Notes: generated by a model not told the origin, from the letters alone. 52,273 bases of DNA from Archaeoglobus sp. JdFR-37 (GCA_002010215.1 MTMY01000007.1:62001-114273), one strand, 5' to 3'. Counted from the stretch's first letter, positions 9,611 to 20,101 are shown. A program made the numbers and translations.

Positions 9611-10238
9611 GAAGGAAGTTAGGAACCACATCTGGGAGAAGATTGAACCCTTTGCCGATTTTCCTTTTCCTGTTAGAGGTAGGATTCCCAATTTCAAAGG
9701 AGCTTCAAGAGCCTGCAATAGACTCAGGGAGCTGAAAGCATATAGAACTTGCAACGCCGTCTTCTCAGCTCCAGATTCTCCCCTTAGAAAAGCAAGACAG
9801 ATGGTTCTTGAAGACGGAAAATGGCTAATTGCAGCAAAACCACACTTGGAGGGACTCATCATCCTGAAAGATGGAGAGGCAAAAAGGCTAAGCAGCCTTA
9901 CCGCCATGCTGAAGTACGGTAAGGATGTTACGCTCTGGGAACTCAGAGAACTTGGTTTGAGTGTTGGTATATTTCTTCAGGGCTGTGTTGCGGTGGATTT
10001 GAAGGGGAACAGAGTGGGAAAGGGTAGTGGTTATGGAGATAAGGAGTTCTGGATGCTGAAAGAAAGCGGACTTTTGGCCGAGGATTACGTATACGCTGTC
10101 GTCTGCCATCCCGTTCAGATTGTTGAGGGCTTAGAGAACCTGATGAGCGATAGAGATGCGAAGGTAGATGTTATCCTCACACCCCACGAAATCATCTGGA
10201 CAGAACACGCAAAACAGCGTCTAAAACATCTTTTTTGA
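9597..10238 (+). CDS. 5-formyltetrahydrofolate cyclo-ligase family protein
   Basis: GRIPNFKG, PDSP, GCVAVD..GNRVGKGSGYGDKE, VDVILTP. Confidence 0.9.
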   Translation: MFRSKKEVRNHIWEKIEPFADFPFPVRGRIPNFKGASRACNRLRELKAYRTCNAVFSAPDSPLRKARQMVLEDGKWLIAAKPHLEGLIILKDGEAKRLSSLTAMLKYGKDVTLWELRELGLSVGIFLQGCVAVDLKGNRVGKGSGYGDKEFWMLKESGLLAEDYVYAVVCHPVQIVEGLENLMSDRDAKVDVILTPHEIIWTEHAKQRLKHLF

Positions 10239-10785
10239 CCTCCTCAAGCTCCCGCTCGGCATTGATTATCTTCACGTTCCGGGTTGTTTCACTCCACATA
10301 TCGCCTATTTTCAGAAAATTTTCCCTCACCTTTGCCAGATAGCTCTCTTCTTCAAAAACTGTCCTGCTCCCCCTATTACCAACCCTTCTCAGACCCTCTT
10401 GTGGTGAAACATCAAGAATTATCACCACATCAGGCTTTGGGGCTATTTCCTCGTTCATTCTTCGTATCTCATCCATGTCAAGCCCTCTTGCACCCTGATA
10501 GGCGATGCTGGAGATGTAGTATCTGTCCATGATTACAACCTTCCCATTCTTCAGGGCTGGAAGGATGTTTTTCTCCACATCCTCTTTTCTGTCCAGAAGA
10601 AACAGCTTCAGCTCCTCTTCAGGGTCGAATCTCTTCTCAGCTTCTTTTATTTTTCTTCCGTATTCACCATCGGTGGGCTCTTTAAGCAGAACAACTGAAA
10701 AACCCCTCTTCTCCAGCTCATCCCTGAGAAACCTGGATATGGTCGTCTTCCCTGCTCCATCTATGCCTTCGATGGCAATAAGCAT
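10192..10785 (-). CDS. tmk: Thymidylate kinase
   Basis: IEGIDGAGKTT P-loop and DRY..SSIAYQG motif. Confidence 0.96.
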   Translation of the reverse strand: MLIAIEGIDGAGKTTISRFLRDELEKRGFSVVLLKEPTDGEYGRKIKEAEKRFDPEEELKLFLLDRKEDVEKNILPALKNGKVVIMDRYYISSIAYQGARGLDMDEIRRMNEEIAPKPDVVIILDVSPQEGLRRVGNRGSRTVFEEESYLAKVRENFLKIGDMWSETTRNVKIINAERELEEVKKDVLDAVLRVLSR

Positions 10786-10834
10786 AGCCTGAATATTCGA
10801 AAAACCCTTAAATATTTAACTTATTATCAGCTCC

Positions 10835-12208
10835 ATGCGGATTTCCTTTTATGGTGCTGCACGAACAGTTACCGGTTCTTCTTTTATGATAGAGGATTCT
10901 GAAAAAGATTTTGGAAAGTTTCTTGTCGATGCGGGAATGTTTCAGGGTGCAATGGAGAGAAGAAACTACAGACCTCTGCCCTATGACGCTTCCAGCGTTG
11001 AAGCCGTCATCATAACCCACGCTCATCTGGATCACGTTGGATTGCTTCCCAAGCTTGTCAGGGAGGGGTTTTGTGGTACAATAATCTCCACTCAGGCCAC
11101 AAAGGAAATTTCTTGGTACATGCTTCAGGATTCTGCAAAGGTGCAGGAAGAAGAGGTTAAAAGTGAGGGAAAGAGGAGGAAGCGCAGAGGATTAGAGCCT
11201 GTAAAGCCCCTTTACACGATTGAAGATGTTGAAGATTGTTTCGATCTGGACTGGGAAATAAAGAAATATGGGGAGGAATTTCAGCTTGGTGGGTTTTCAG
11301 TGAAGTTCAGAAATTCTGGCCATGTACTCGGCTCAGCTTGTGTGGAGATTGATGGCATTGATGGTATCGCCAGTCTTGCAATCTCTTCAGACCTGGGAGA
11401 GCCTAGAAGGCTGATCATCCGGGATCCGGAGTTCCCTGAAGCGGAAGCAGTTGTAATAGAAAGTACCTATGGCGATAGGAATCACAGAACACCTGAGGAG
11501 TCTATTGAAGAACTGAAAAATGTTCTGTGGGATACGTATGAAAGGGGAGGAAACGTCATAATCCCCTCATTTGCACTGGAGAGGACTCAGGAAGTTCTTT
11601 ACGCCCTTCATTTGCTCTACAGGAGAGGTGAATTTCCTGATTTTCAGGTTTTCCTTGACAGCCCTCTGGCCATAGACATAACTGAGATTTTTCTGAAACA
11701 CCCCGAACTTTACGATGAGGAAGCGAGGAAAGAGTTTCAGAAAGGTAATCCCTTCAGCGTTCCTGGCATGAGGATGACGAGGTCGGTGGAGGACAGCAAG
11801 GAGATCAACGAGATTGAAGAGCATGCTTTAATCATAGCGGGAAGCGGAATGTGTAATGGCGGCAGGGTAAAGCATCACCTGAAGCACAATCTGTGGCGTG
11901 AAGAATGCAGCGTGGTATTCGTGGGCTATCAGGCTAAAGGAACTCTTGGCAGACAGATTGTAGATGGTGCCAAATTCGTCAGAATTTACGGGGAGAAAGT
12001 GGCTGTGAGAGCCCGAATTCACACGATAAATGGGTTCTCTGCCCATGCCGGGAAAGATTTTCTACTTAGGTGGGTAATGGAGAGTGGTGCGAGAAAGGCA
12101 TTCGTAGTCCACGGGGAATTTGAAACCAGCCAGAAATTTGCTGCAGAGCTGAGAAAGCAGGGGATTGAGGCAATAATACCTGACTGGAGGCAGAAGGTGA
12201 ACTTCTAA
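10835..12208 (+). CDS. Metallo-beta-lactamase/beta-CASP ribonuclease
   Basis: THAHLDHVG, GHVLGS, ESTYG, AGSGMCNGGR, FSAHA, VHGE. Confidence 0.93.
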   Translation: MRISFYGAARTVTGSSFMIEDSEKDFGKFLVDAGMFQGAMERRNYRPLPYDASSVEAVIITHAHLDHVGLLPKLVREGFCGTIISTQATKEISWYMLQDSAKVQEEEVKSEGKRRKRRGLEPVKPLYTIEDVEDCFDLDWEIKKYGEEFQLGGFSVKFRNSGHVLGSACVEIDGIDGIASLAISSDLGEPRRLIIRDPEFPEAEAVVIESTYGDRNHRTPEESIEELKNVLWDTYERGGNVIIPSFALERTQEVLYALHLLYRRGEFPDFQVFLDSPLAIDITEIFLKHPELYDEEARKEFQKGNPFSVPGMRMTRSVEDSKEINEIEEHALIIAGSGMCNGGRVKHHLKHNLWREECSVVFVGYQAKGTLGRQIVDGAKFVRIYGEKVAVRARIHTINGFSAHAGKDFLLRWVMESGARKAFVVHGEFETSQKFAAELRKQGIEAIIPDWRQKVNF

Positions 12209-12245
12209 CGGGTTAACTTTTATATTTTATCAGCTAACATCAGCC

Positions 12246-12797
12246 ATGATTCAGGATGCTATAAGGATTGGGAAAAAGCTCGCCGAATATCGTCTGATAG
12301 ATGGAGCCAGCGGAAATCTTAGCTACAGAATAGGCTGGCAGATGATTATAACAAAAAGTGGAGTTGTTCTCGACGAGCTGGATGAAAATTCCTTTGTTAA
12401 AGTAGCCATTGGGGAGGAACACCCCCATGCTTCCTCAGATCAGATGGTTCATCAGGCCATATATAAGAAAAGTGGGTTTAAGGCAGTTCTGCACTGCCAT
12501 GGCGTGTTTAACGTGGTACTTGGATTGATTCTTGATGAAATAGTTCCACGGGACTTGGAGGGACGTATGTTCATAGGAAGTCTTAAGGTAGTGGAAGGTA
12601 AATTTGGCAGCAAGGAACTGGCAAGAAAAATTGGCGAAAGCGTGGCGGAGAAGGGAATTGCTTTGGTTAGAGGACATGGAATTTATGCAGCTGGCAAGAA
12701 TTTTGATGAAGCATTTAAGCTTGCTAGTTATCTAGAACACTCTTGTGAGGTCCTCTACCGTCTCAGAGTGTATGAGAAGTTGGAGAGGAACAGGTAG
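12246..12797 (+). CDS. Class II aldolase/adducin family protein
   Basis: SGNLS, ASSD, HCH, RGHG motifs. Confidence 0.9.
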   Translation: MIQDAIRIGKKLAEYRLIDGASGNLSYRIGWQMIITKSGVVLDELDENSFVKVAIGEEHPHASSDQMVHQAIYKKSGFKAVLHCHGVFNVVLGLILDEIVPRDLEGRMFIGSLKVVEGKFGSKELARKIGESVAEKGIALVRGHGIYAAGKNFDEAFKLASYLEHSCEVLYRLRVYEKLERNR

Positions 12798-12892
12798 TCT
12801 GATTTGACCAGCATGTATTGCCAGCAACCGGCATACCGAAATAAACCCTTATAAGAAATCCTTATTACTGATGATATTTCAAAAAGTTGTTT

Positions 12893-13525
12893 ATGAAAAT
12901 TACTGGGAAGTTCTTGCTCATACTCATTGCAGTTCTCGTTGCAACTCTTTTTGCCATGTGTATAGACCAGGAGTCTCAGGGAACTCAGAAAACTCAGGAT
13001 TATCAAAATTATCAGCAAAATCAAAAAGTTCAGGAAGATAAAAAACCTCAGAATCAAGAGACTCAAGAAGGCAAATCATCCAGTAAAAAACAAATTACCT
13101 TCCCTCAATTCGGCATTTTCTATTATTATCACCCTCTGTGTCCTAACTGCCAGAAAATCAAGCCCTACATAGATCTCATGATGAATGTGACCGAAATAGA
13201 TGCCTGTAACGTCGGAAATCTCTCTACCTGCAGCGAAGAATCTATTGTGATGCTCAAACTCCTTGATAGCCAGGGTAAGTTCTTGGGAGTCCCTACAATT
13301 GCTGTTGTTGAGGATAACAATGTCACTCTCCTTATCGGATGGAAACAGGCTTTAAAGCTTGGAGAGATAGTAGAGAAGCATGGCATAGCCCCTCCCCCTG
13401 TTATCTACAATAACAGTACCTATACAATTCAGGAATGTGTTGATTGCCATAGTGCTAAAGGGTTAAAGCCGCCCAGCACATTCAGTTGCACCTACTGCTG
13501 CCATACAGGAGAGCAGAGTGGTTAG
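12893..13525 (+). CDS. Lipoprotein with thioredoxin-like CxxC domain and C-terminal CxxCH motif
   Basis: Signal peptide with lipobox Cys (LFAMC), Q-rich linker, CPNC...GVPT, CVDCH and CTYCCH. Confidence 0.75.
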   Translation: MKITGKFLLILIAVLVATLFAMCIDQESQGTQKTQDYQNYQQNQKVQEDKKPQNQETQEGKSSSKKQITFPQFGIFYYYHPLCPNCQKIKPYIDLMMNVTEIDACNVGNLSTCSEESIVMLKLLDSQGKFLGVPTIAVVEDNNVTLLIGWKQALKLGEIVEKHGIAPPPVIYNNSTYTIQECVDCHSAKGLKPPSTFSCTYCCHTGEQSG

Positions 13526-13560
13526 AAGGGTTCAGGATTGAGGGTTAATCAACTTCAGGG

Positions 13561-14343
13561 TTAAATCCACTTCACTGTAAACTTTGCAGTTATAAAGATG
13601 ATAATCGACAGAATTAAACCCAGTAAACCCGATTCGGGTGCCCATGCTTGGTGTCCAACCAGCCAGACTGGAGCATTAAATGTTACCGCAGCGAAAATGC
13701 CTATGAGGCTGTAACTTAAGTTGTATCCGAAATGCAGACCAAAGGGGAACCAGAGCGTACTTTCGGCTTCAAGAAAACCAACACTGAGAGCAACTCCTAA
13801 CACGGTAAAGGTGACGATACCCATTGCTACGAATACGGCAGACATTCCAGAATTCACCATATTTGGAAGATGTAGAAGAGCCCAAAGCAGGGATGACAGG
13901 AACATCGCCTTACTTGTTTTCAGGTTTAGGCTGAATTGCTGCAGAAAATAGCCTCGAAATACGACCTCCTCAACTGCAACCACAAGAGCAATCTTGATCA
14001 CCGCTATTAGTGACGATGTTATTGAATTTGAATTAACAATAGAATTGGGGCCCCAGACAATTGTAATCCAACCGCTGGCGTTTTCCATAATAGTTAAGAT
14101 GGAAGGAAAGGTAAATCCGATGAAGATTCCGAGGCATGCATAGTTTCGCCAAGAGGAGATAAAGTGGATACCTAGGTCACGTACAGAACGTCTCTCCAGC
14201 ATCCACAGCCATATACTTCCGGCAAGCAGCACAGAGAGAGAAAGGGGACTTAACCACGGTTTGTGGACTGCCAAGGCTATCATCACGAAAGCAATAGAGT
14301 AGAGCACAAGTGGTTTGGGTATTCTAGTCCTGTCGGGTGTCAT
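13561..14343 (-). CDS. CPBP family intramembrane metalloprotease (CAAX protease/Abi)
   Basis: EEVVFRGY, WALLH, LH..YN motifs and multiple TM helices. Confidence 0.9.
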   Translation of the reverse strand: MTPDRTRIPKPLVLYSIAFVMIALAVHKPWLSPLSLSVLLAGSIWLWMLERRSVRDLGIHFISSWRNYACLGIFIGFTFPSILTIMENASGWITIVWGPNSIVNSNSITSSLIAVIKIALVVAVEEVVFRGYFLQQFSLNLKTSKAMFLSSLLWALLHLPNMVNSGMSAVFVAMGIVTFTVLGVALSVGFLEAESTLWFPFGLHFGYNLSYSLIGIFAAVTFNAPVWLVGHQAWAPESGLLGLILSIIIFITAKFTVKWI

Positions 14344-14434
14344 GATCGGGGGCTGAGACTAATATCTACAGAAATTCGACCGTCTTGCCTGACCCAAGTA
14401 TTGCTCAATCCAGAGCTCATGTTCAAGCACATAT

Positions 14435-14749
14435 TCAATTTCCCCTCCACAAAAACAAAATTCCTGAGGCAATAAGAAATGTCCCTACGATTTTTGTGAA
14501 AGCGGTGAAAATTCCCACTATGCCGAAAAGTATGGCGACAGCGGCACCAATCATCTTCGTCCTGTCAAAGTACAGGAGCAGGGTTGGTATAACTCCGAGT
14601 ACTGCACCGTATATCACTGATAGGCTGACCAGAAAAAAGACGAAGCCACCAGCCCCTTCAGCATTGCTGGCAATATTTAAGAAGAAGAGGGCGAAAATTA
14701 GCTGGGCAAAAATGCCTGCAAGCGAGACTTGCCAGCTTCTTATTTTCAT
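14435..14749 (-). CDS. Small integral membrane protein (four TM)
   Basis: Hydrophobic 104 aa ORF. Confidence 0.7.
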   Translation of the reverse strand: MKIRSWQVSLAGIFAQLIFALFFLNIASNAEGAGGFVFFLVSLSVIYGAVLGVIPTLLLYFDRTKMIGAAVAILFGIVGIFTAFTKIVGTFLIASGILFLWRGN

Positions 14750-14827
14750 TATCTAAAAGGTTTACTCAAAAATAAAAAATTAACTGGCTGAATTGCTTGT
14801 GCTGTTAATGCTGTCAGCTACCTGACG

Positions 14828-16267
14828 TTAGCCCTTGGCAACTCCCATTGGGCGGAGTCTGGCTACCAGTGTGGATATACCAGCTCTGTGGACGACATCC
14901 ACAACTTCATCACTGCTCTTGTACGCTTCCGGCGCTTCCTCAGCCAGCAGTGCTCCCTGAGTGGCCCTGACGTAGATACCCTTTCTCTCTAGGCTCTGCC
15001 TGACTATATTGCCTCTCAGCCTTCTCTTGGCAGCAGCTCTGCTCATAATTCTGCCACTTCCGTGGCATGTGGAGCCAAAGGTCTCTTCCATGGCTTTTTG
15101 AGTACCTACAAGCACGTAGCTTGGAGTTCCCATGCTTCCCGGTATGAGGACGGGCTGCCCTATCTTATTGTAATCTGTTGGAATGTCATCCGTTCCATAG
15201 AATGCTCTCGTTGCTCCTTTTCTGTGAATAATCACTTTCCTCTTCTTTCCATCTATTTCGTGCTCCTCAAATTTCGCTATGTTATGAGCAACATCGTAGA
15301 TGAGGTCCATTCCCAGATCGTCCCCGCTCATCCTGAAGATCTTCTCAAAGCTCTCTCTGACCCAGTGGGTAATTATCTGCCTGTTGCACCATGCGTAATT
15401 TGCGCTTGCTGCCATTCCGGCAAAATAATCTCTTCCTTCCTTGCTGTTTATCGGAGCGCATGCAAGCTGCCTGTCTGGCAACTTTATCCCGTATTTCTTG
15501 ACAGCTCTGTCGAGAACCTCTAGGAAGTCTGTACACACCTGATGGCCCAGTCCTCTGCTTCCACAGTGGATCATTACCGTCACCATCCCTTCTTCCAGTC
15601 CCATGGCCTTTGCAGCTTCATCATTGAATATCTTGTCAACGTACTGCACTTCCAGAAAGTGGTTACCGCTGCCCAGAGTTCCGAGCTGGGGCTTGCCTCG
15701 ATCCCTTGCTCTCCTGCTGACCTCTTCACCTCTTCCACCAGGCATTGCTCCTCCTTCTTCGCAGTGCTCAAGGTCTTTCTCTGTGCCATATCCATTCTCA
15801 ACCGCCCACCTTGCACCGCTCACGAAGATTTCATCCAACTCTTTGTCGCTAACCTTCAGTCTTCCAGCACTGCCGACTCCAGAGGGGATTGCGACGAAGA
15901 GCTCATCAATGAGCTTCTTTATTATCGGCCTGACATCATCAATTCTGAGATTTGTTCTGAGCAGCCTGACACCGCAATTTATGTCAAAGCCAACGCCTCC
16001 TGGAGAAATAACACCCTCCTCTGCATCAAATGCTGCCACTCCTCCAATTGGGAAGCCGTAACCAACGTGGACGTCGGGCATTACAAGTGAAGCCTTATAA
16101 ATTCCGGGCATCGTAGCAACATTAGCAGCCTGATCAACCGCCCCCTCTTCAAGCATCTCCATAAGGCGCCGGTTAATATAAAAATAAGCCGGCACATTCA
16201 TTCCTGGCTTGTAGCCTTTTGGCAGTTCCCATTTATAATCGGTAATCTTCCTGAGAACACCTTCCAT
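14828..16267 (-). CDS. rtcB: tRNA-splicing/RNA repair ligase RtcB
   Basis: [44 protein letters not shown]. No intein. Start 16267 (alternative 16282). Confidence 0.97.
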   Translation of the reverse strand: MEGVLRKITDYKWELPKGYKPGMNVPAYFYINRRLMEMLEEGAVDQAANVATMPGIYKASLVMPDVHVGYGFPIGGVAAFDAEEGVISPGGVGFDINCGVRLLRTNLRIDDVRPIIKKLIDELFVAIPSGVGSAGRLKVSDKELDEIFVSGARWAVENGYGTEKDLEHCEEGGAMPGGRGEEVSRRARDRGKPQLGTLGSGNHFLEVQYVDKIFNDEAAKAMGLEEGMVTVMIHCGSRGLGHQVCTDFLEVLDRAVKKYGIKLPDRQLACAPINSKEGRDYFAGMAASANYAWCNRQIITHWVRESFEKIFRMSGDDLGMDLIYDVAHNIAKFEEHEIDGKKRKVIIHRKGATRAFYGTDDIPTDYNKIGQPVLIPGSMGTPSYVLVGTQKAMEETFGSTCHGSGRIMSRAAAKRRLRGNIVRQSLERKGIYVRATQGALLAEEAPEAYKSSDEVVDVVHRAGISTLVARLRPMGVAKG

Positions 16268-16400
16268 TCCTCCTCTTGCCATAAAATTCACCTCCTGCGT
16301 AATTAATTGTAACTCGAATTTAATACACTTTAACCCAACTGCACCTAATTACTTTAGCCGCGTTATCAAAAAAGGTAAAACTGATATTAATCTTTTCCAC

Positions 16401-17204
16401 ATGCTGGCTGTGGAGCTGTCAGTCCTCTTCAGTGGAGAGTTCGGAAGGCGTTTCGTAGCACACCTTGCATATCCGAGAAGCTGTGCATATTTTGGAGCAT
16501 GCGGGATAGATGAATGTGATTACTGCAAGGACTGGGATTTTTCCAGCAATTTGAAAATGGCTCATGAGCTGGATGAACCTAGCGCATACGGCACGTACAT
16601 CGATTATGTTGATTCAATCCTTCCTGAAATCCAGCAAGCTGACATCATGGTTGCCATAAATCTGCATCCCGATATTCTTGCGGAAATTCCGGCCATTATT
16701 GCTGAGAAGGGTTACAGACTCCTGATTGTCCCTGCTGAAGATGGAAGGTGGTGCCCTCCTGGCCTGAGGGGACAGCTTAAGAGAAAATGTGAGGAATACG
16801 GATTGTATTTTGCAGTTCCGAAACCCTTCTGCTCTCTCCGTGGCGATGGTGTTGTGAAGGAATTCGTAAGACAATTCAGGCTGGGAATGCCGGAGTTTGA
16901 AGTGAAGATAGAGGGGAACAGAATCGTGGAGGCGAGGGTGATAACCTCCGACCCCTGCGGAAATGCCTATTACGTTGCCAGAAGGATGAAGGGCCACATC
17001 ATTGAGAGCGTTGAAGAGTTCTGGAAAGACATCCACCAGCATCAGTGTGCCTATCCATGCATGGCAAGTATGGACAGGGATGCAGAGCTGAAAGAAGCCC
17101 CTTTCCATCTGGCTGGCTACATAATGGTGTACCAGTTCAGCAAGGCATGCGGAATAGATGCCTCAGAGTTCGTTCCGGAGTATTTCAGGAGTTATTTTGG
17201 TTGA
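16401..17204 (+). CDS. DUF166 family protein
   Basis: LHPDIL, PKPFCSL, PCGNAYYVA, YPCMASM motifs plus an N-terminal Cys cluster. Confidence 0.75.
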   Translation: MLAVELSVLFSGEFGRRFVAHLAYPRSCAYFGACGIDECDYCKDWDFSSNLKMAHELDEPSAYGTYIDYVDSILPEIQQADIMVAINLHPDILAEIPAIIAEKGYRLLIVPAEDGRWCPPGLRGQLKRKCEEYGLYFAVPKPFCSLRGDGVVKEFVRQFRLGMPEFEVKIEGNRIVEARVITSDPCGNAYYVARRMKGHIIESVEEFWKDIHQHQCAYPCMASMDRDAELKEAPFHLAGYIMVYQFSKACGIDASEFVPEYFRSYFG

Positions 17205-17247
17205 TTTGTGAGCGGATTTGACGAACCTGAAACTGAGGAAAAGACTG

Positions 17248-18069
17248 TCACTGCTTATTCAGTGCTCTGGCAGATACAAGCATTGCAGAGGCGACGATGA
17301 GTGCAGCCCCAACATACTGTTTCGGTGTTAGTGTTTCAGCAAGCATCAGTGCGGAGAACATGTATGCAAAGACCCCTTCAAGTGAAAATATTATGGCAGC
17401 ATCAAAAGATGTTGTATGCCTTTGCAAATGATTCTGGAGCATTTTGGCCAAGAATGTGGCGAAGAACGCTGTTATGGCAATTGCAATGACAACATCGCTG
17501 TTTAACTCCATCTGCCATCTTAGGGATGCCGGAATGGCTGAAAGAAAGCCGGTTGCAAGAACCTGAGAGAAAGCAAGCTCTGTGGGGTTGAGGGATTTTG
17601 AGTAGTGAGATATCATAGCGATTTCAGCAGCGAAGAATATTGCGCAGAGGAGAATCAAAAAGTCGCCAAAAGCAGCCTCACCGTATCCGCTTATGAGATA
17701 TGCACCACTCAGGGCTGTAAAGGCCAGAACTGTATCAATTCCATCGATTCTCTCCTCGTACAGCAGCAGAGATATGAGGGGTGTGAATACAACATAGAGG
17801 GTTGTTATGAAACCGGCATTGGTAGCTGTTGTGTATTCCATTCCAACTGTCTGAAATGTGTAGCCCAAGAAGACCATCAGGCCTATTTTCAGGCCATCAA
17901 CACTGAGTTTTCGGGCGATGGGGAGGAAAAAGAGAGATGCAAGAAGGAAGCGGACTGTGTTAAAGGAGAAGGCTGATGAAGAGTCCAGAGCTATTTTTAT
18001 AACCGGAAAGGTGAGTCCCCATATCAGCGCAACAGCAACAAGTCCTAAATCTGAGTAGAATCTTTTCAT
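17248..18069 (-). CDS. DMT/EamA family transporter
   Basis: LIWGLTF, QTVGMEYTTATNAGFIT, SLEGVFA and about ten TM helices. Confidence 0.92.
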   Translation of the reverse strand: MKRFYSDLGLVAVALIWGLTFPVIKIALDSSSAFSFNTVRFLLASLFFLPIARKLSVDGLKIGLMVFLGYTFQTVGMEYTTATNAGFITTLYVVFTPLISLLLYEERIDGIDTVLAFTALSGAYLISGYGEAAFGDFLILLCAIFFAAEIAMISHYSKSLNPTELAFSQVLATGFLSAIPASLRWQMELNSDVVIAIAITAFFATFLAKMLQNHLQRHTTSFDAAIIFSLEGVFAYMFSALMLAETLTPKQYVGAALIVASAMLVSARALNKQ

Positions 18070-18093
18070 AGTGGAGCCCTTTATAAATGGTTC

Positions 18094-18939
18094 TCACAGG
18101 TTCTCATTCTTGAAAATCCCTGAATATGGAGTTGTGTAATCGGTGAGCTTTATGAAGACTAGCTGTACTATTCTGGCGTTTCTTTTCAGCCATAACCCAT
18201 CCTCGTTATACACTACCAGTCCAACCTCACTTCGCCCTGAATAGCCGGCATCCCAGACTGCAGTGAGAACGTTGGCACCGCTCCTTACTAGCGTTGACCT
18301 CGGCCTGGCAATAGCCATGATGTCTCTGCTCAGGCTGATAACTTCATTGAGATAGGCTCTGTAAACTCCTCTGGGCAGAAACACCCAGTCATCGCTGAAG
18401 GAAATCTCCTCCACCTCGGGCAGTTTTCTTTCAGAATTGTCGAAGTCTATTCTGCCAGCCCCCTTAATCCTTCCAATGGCCCTCAGGGTGCAGTCGAAGC
18501 CGTTGGGCTGGAGCTGAGTGCTAAGATCGATGTAGTCTTTTATCAGACCCTCATCTTTTATGCGCTTGGCAATATCCTTTGCTGTGAGAACGCTACCCAT
18601 TGGTAGGTCATAAAATTCAGAAAAAGGTTTGATGTCCAGAACAGGAGAGCCGGGCAAAGCATCGAGCCCCTCAACCTCAATGACATCTCCCTCTATCTTC
18701 CTGACTACCACTGCAGTCATACCAATCCTGTTCGGCCTGTAGGGACTCCGGGTGGAGAAAACACCCCTCAAAGGTTGGGACTTGTCTCCCTTTGGATGAA
18801 CTTTAAGGGCTTCTTCTGCAAGATGAAACTGATAGAGAATCCAGACTCTGTCACCTTCTTTCAGGCCATCAAGTGCCGGCAGGAACTCGTTGTGGATTCG
18901 GATTCTCTTTTCGTCGATAACTTCTCCAACAGCCTTCAT
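18094..18939 (-). CDS. TrmO/TsaA (t6A37 N6-methyltransferase-like) fused to archaeal dUTPase
   Basis: N-half GVFSTRSPYRPNRIG...LDALPGSPVLDIKP; C-half QPNGFD, PRSTLVR, VWDAGYSGR. Confidence 0.88.
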   Translation of the reverse strand: MKAVGEVIDEKRIRIHNEFLPALDGLKEGDRVWILYQFHLAEEALKVHPKGDKSQPLRGVFSTRSPYRPNRIGMTAVVVRKIEGDVIEVEGLDALPGSPVLDIKPFSEFYDLPMGSVLTAKDIAKRIKDEGLIKDYIDLSTQLQPNGFDCTLRAIGRIKGAGRIDFDNSERKLPEVEEISFSDDWVFLPRGVYRAYLNEVISLSRDIMAIARPRSTLVRSGANVLTAVWDAGYSGRSEVGLVVYNEDGLWLKRNARIVQLVFIKLTDYTTPYSGIFKNENL

Positions 18940-18998
18940 GCTATCACCATGTGGCTCTTCAGTATTCCTTCAGTACCTTCCTTATTCCATTTGCTCTA

Positions 18999-19322
18999 TT
19001 ATTCCATGAAGTCCACGTAATAAGCGTCCACCTCGTCATATAGCTTTAACTTTTTCGCAATGTAAACAGCCAGAATGTGGGCACAGGCTTTTTTTGCCTT
19101 CAAATTTATCTGAAAATCGGGGCAGTCGCAAAAACTGTTGTCAACAACATGCTCTTCCTCGCCAACCACCACAAAGAAGTCCCTGTACCTCTTAACTCTT
19201 TTTTCCTTGAGGTAGAAAAAAGCCTTCTCTCCCCTCTTCCCGTGATTTATTAATAGGGCTCTGTAGAGCCCGTAGTCGAGCTTTCCCCGCTCAAGCTCTT
19301 TCGCAACTTCATCAGAAATCAT
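18999..19322 (-). CDS. SWIM zinc finger protein
   Basis: CDCPDF...CAH motif. Confidence 0.88.
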   Translation of the reverse strand: MISDEVAKELERGKLDYGLYRALLINHGKRGEKAFFYLKEKRVKRYRDFFVVVGEEEHVVDNSFCDCPDFQINLKAKKACAHILAVYIAKKLKLYDEVDAYYVDFME

Positions 19323-19885
19323 TCCTCTTCGCTGCTATCTATCTCACTCAGAATCATGGTTGTGTTTATCGCATCCACGCCGTCTATCCAGTTGATAATC
19401 ATAAGGTCTTCATCTGGAATTTCTATGTCCTCAGGCAGCTTCTCTCCCTTGAATATCTTCGCACCCATTCTGGCAATGGCATCGAAGGCTCCCTCTATAT
19501 CTCCACTTGTCTCCTTCTGGACAGCTTCCTTTAAAAGAGCCTCAAAACTCTTCTTGCTGATCTTGCCCTCTAGAGCCAGAACAGCCGATCTGGCTATGAC
19601 CCTCATGGCCTCGCGAAGGTACTCAAAGACGTCGTTCTTGAATTCATCGCCCAAATCAATTCTGGATGAGATGATATCTTCCATCTCCTGAAGCTCTTTT
19701 GCTGCATCGCTTTTTGTGATCTCTCTCTCTTTAACAGCCCTTATTATGTTAACACACGCCACAACGAAGTCTTCCAGCATCTGATCGAGCACCGACAGGC
19801 TTTCCGGGTCTTCAGGAACCAACTCGGTCTCCTTGATACGCGCTATCCAGTTGTTGAACCTAGTCTCGCTATAGTAATTACCCAT
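19319..19885 (-). CDS. DUF2150 family protein
   Basis: YSETRFNNWI N-terminus, IGA/MGA..I.G and WIDG motifs. Confidence 0.75.
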   Translation of the reverse strand: MGNYYSETRFNNWIARIKETELVPEDPESLSVLDQMLEDFVVACVNIIRAVKEREITKSDAAKELQEMEDIISSRIDLGDEFKNDVFEYLREAMRVIARSAVLALEGKISKKSFEALLKEAVQKETSGDIEGAFDAIARMGAKIFKGEKLPEDIEIPDEDLMIINWIDGVDAINTTMILSEIDSSEEE

Positions 19886-20101
19886 CCTTATCTCCCTCCA
19901 ACTCTGTCAAGTCTCGCCATGGCTTTATTTATTACCTTTACCCCTCTGTTTTTTGATGGGCATTAATGGTTTCAGTTCGGTCTCTATCATTCCTATTTTG
20001 CCCCCATTTTTCAGCCCACCCACTCAACTCCGCCGTCCAGATAATTGTGCAAGAGAAATAAATTAAAGGGAACAACACTCAGACCCTCTGACAAAGCCTT
20101 G

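Noticed and set aside
15062..16090. Long plus-strand ORFs within rtcB (and similar antisense ORFs elsewhere, e.g. 4661-5179, 32510-33076, 49491-50009)
   Set aside because: They fully overlap well-supported genes on the opposite strand and have Ser/Phe-rich shadow composition with no motifs.
14828..16291. Possible intein in RtcB
   Set aside because: Length (~480 aa) and contiguous GFDINCGVR motif show no insertion.
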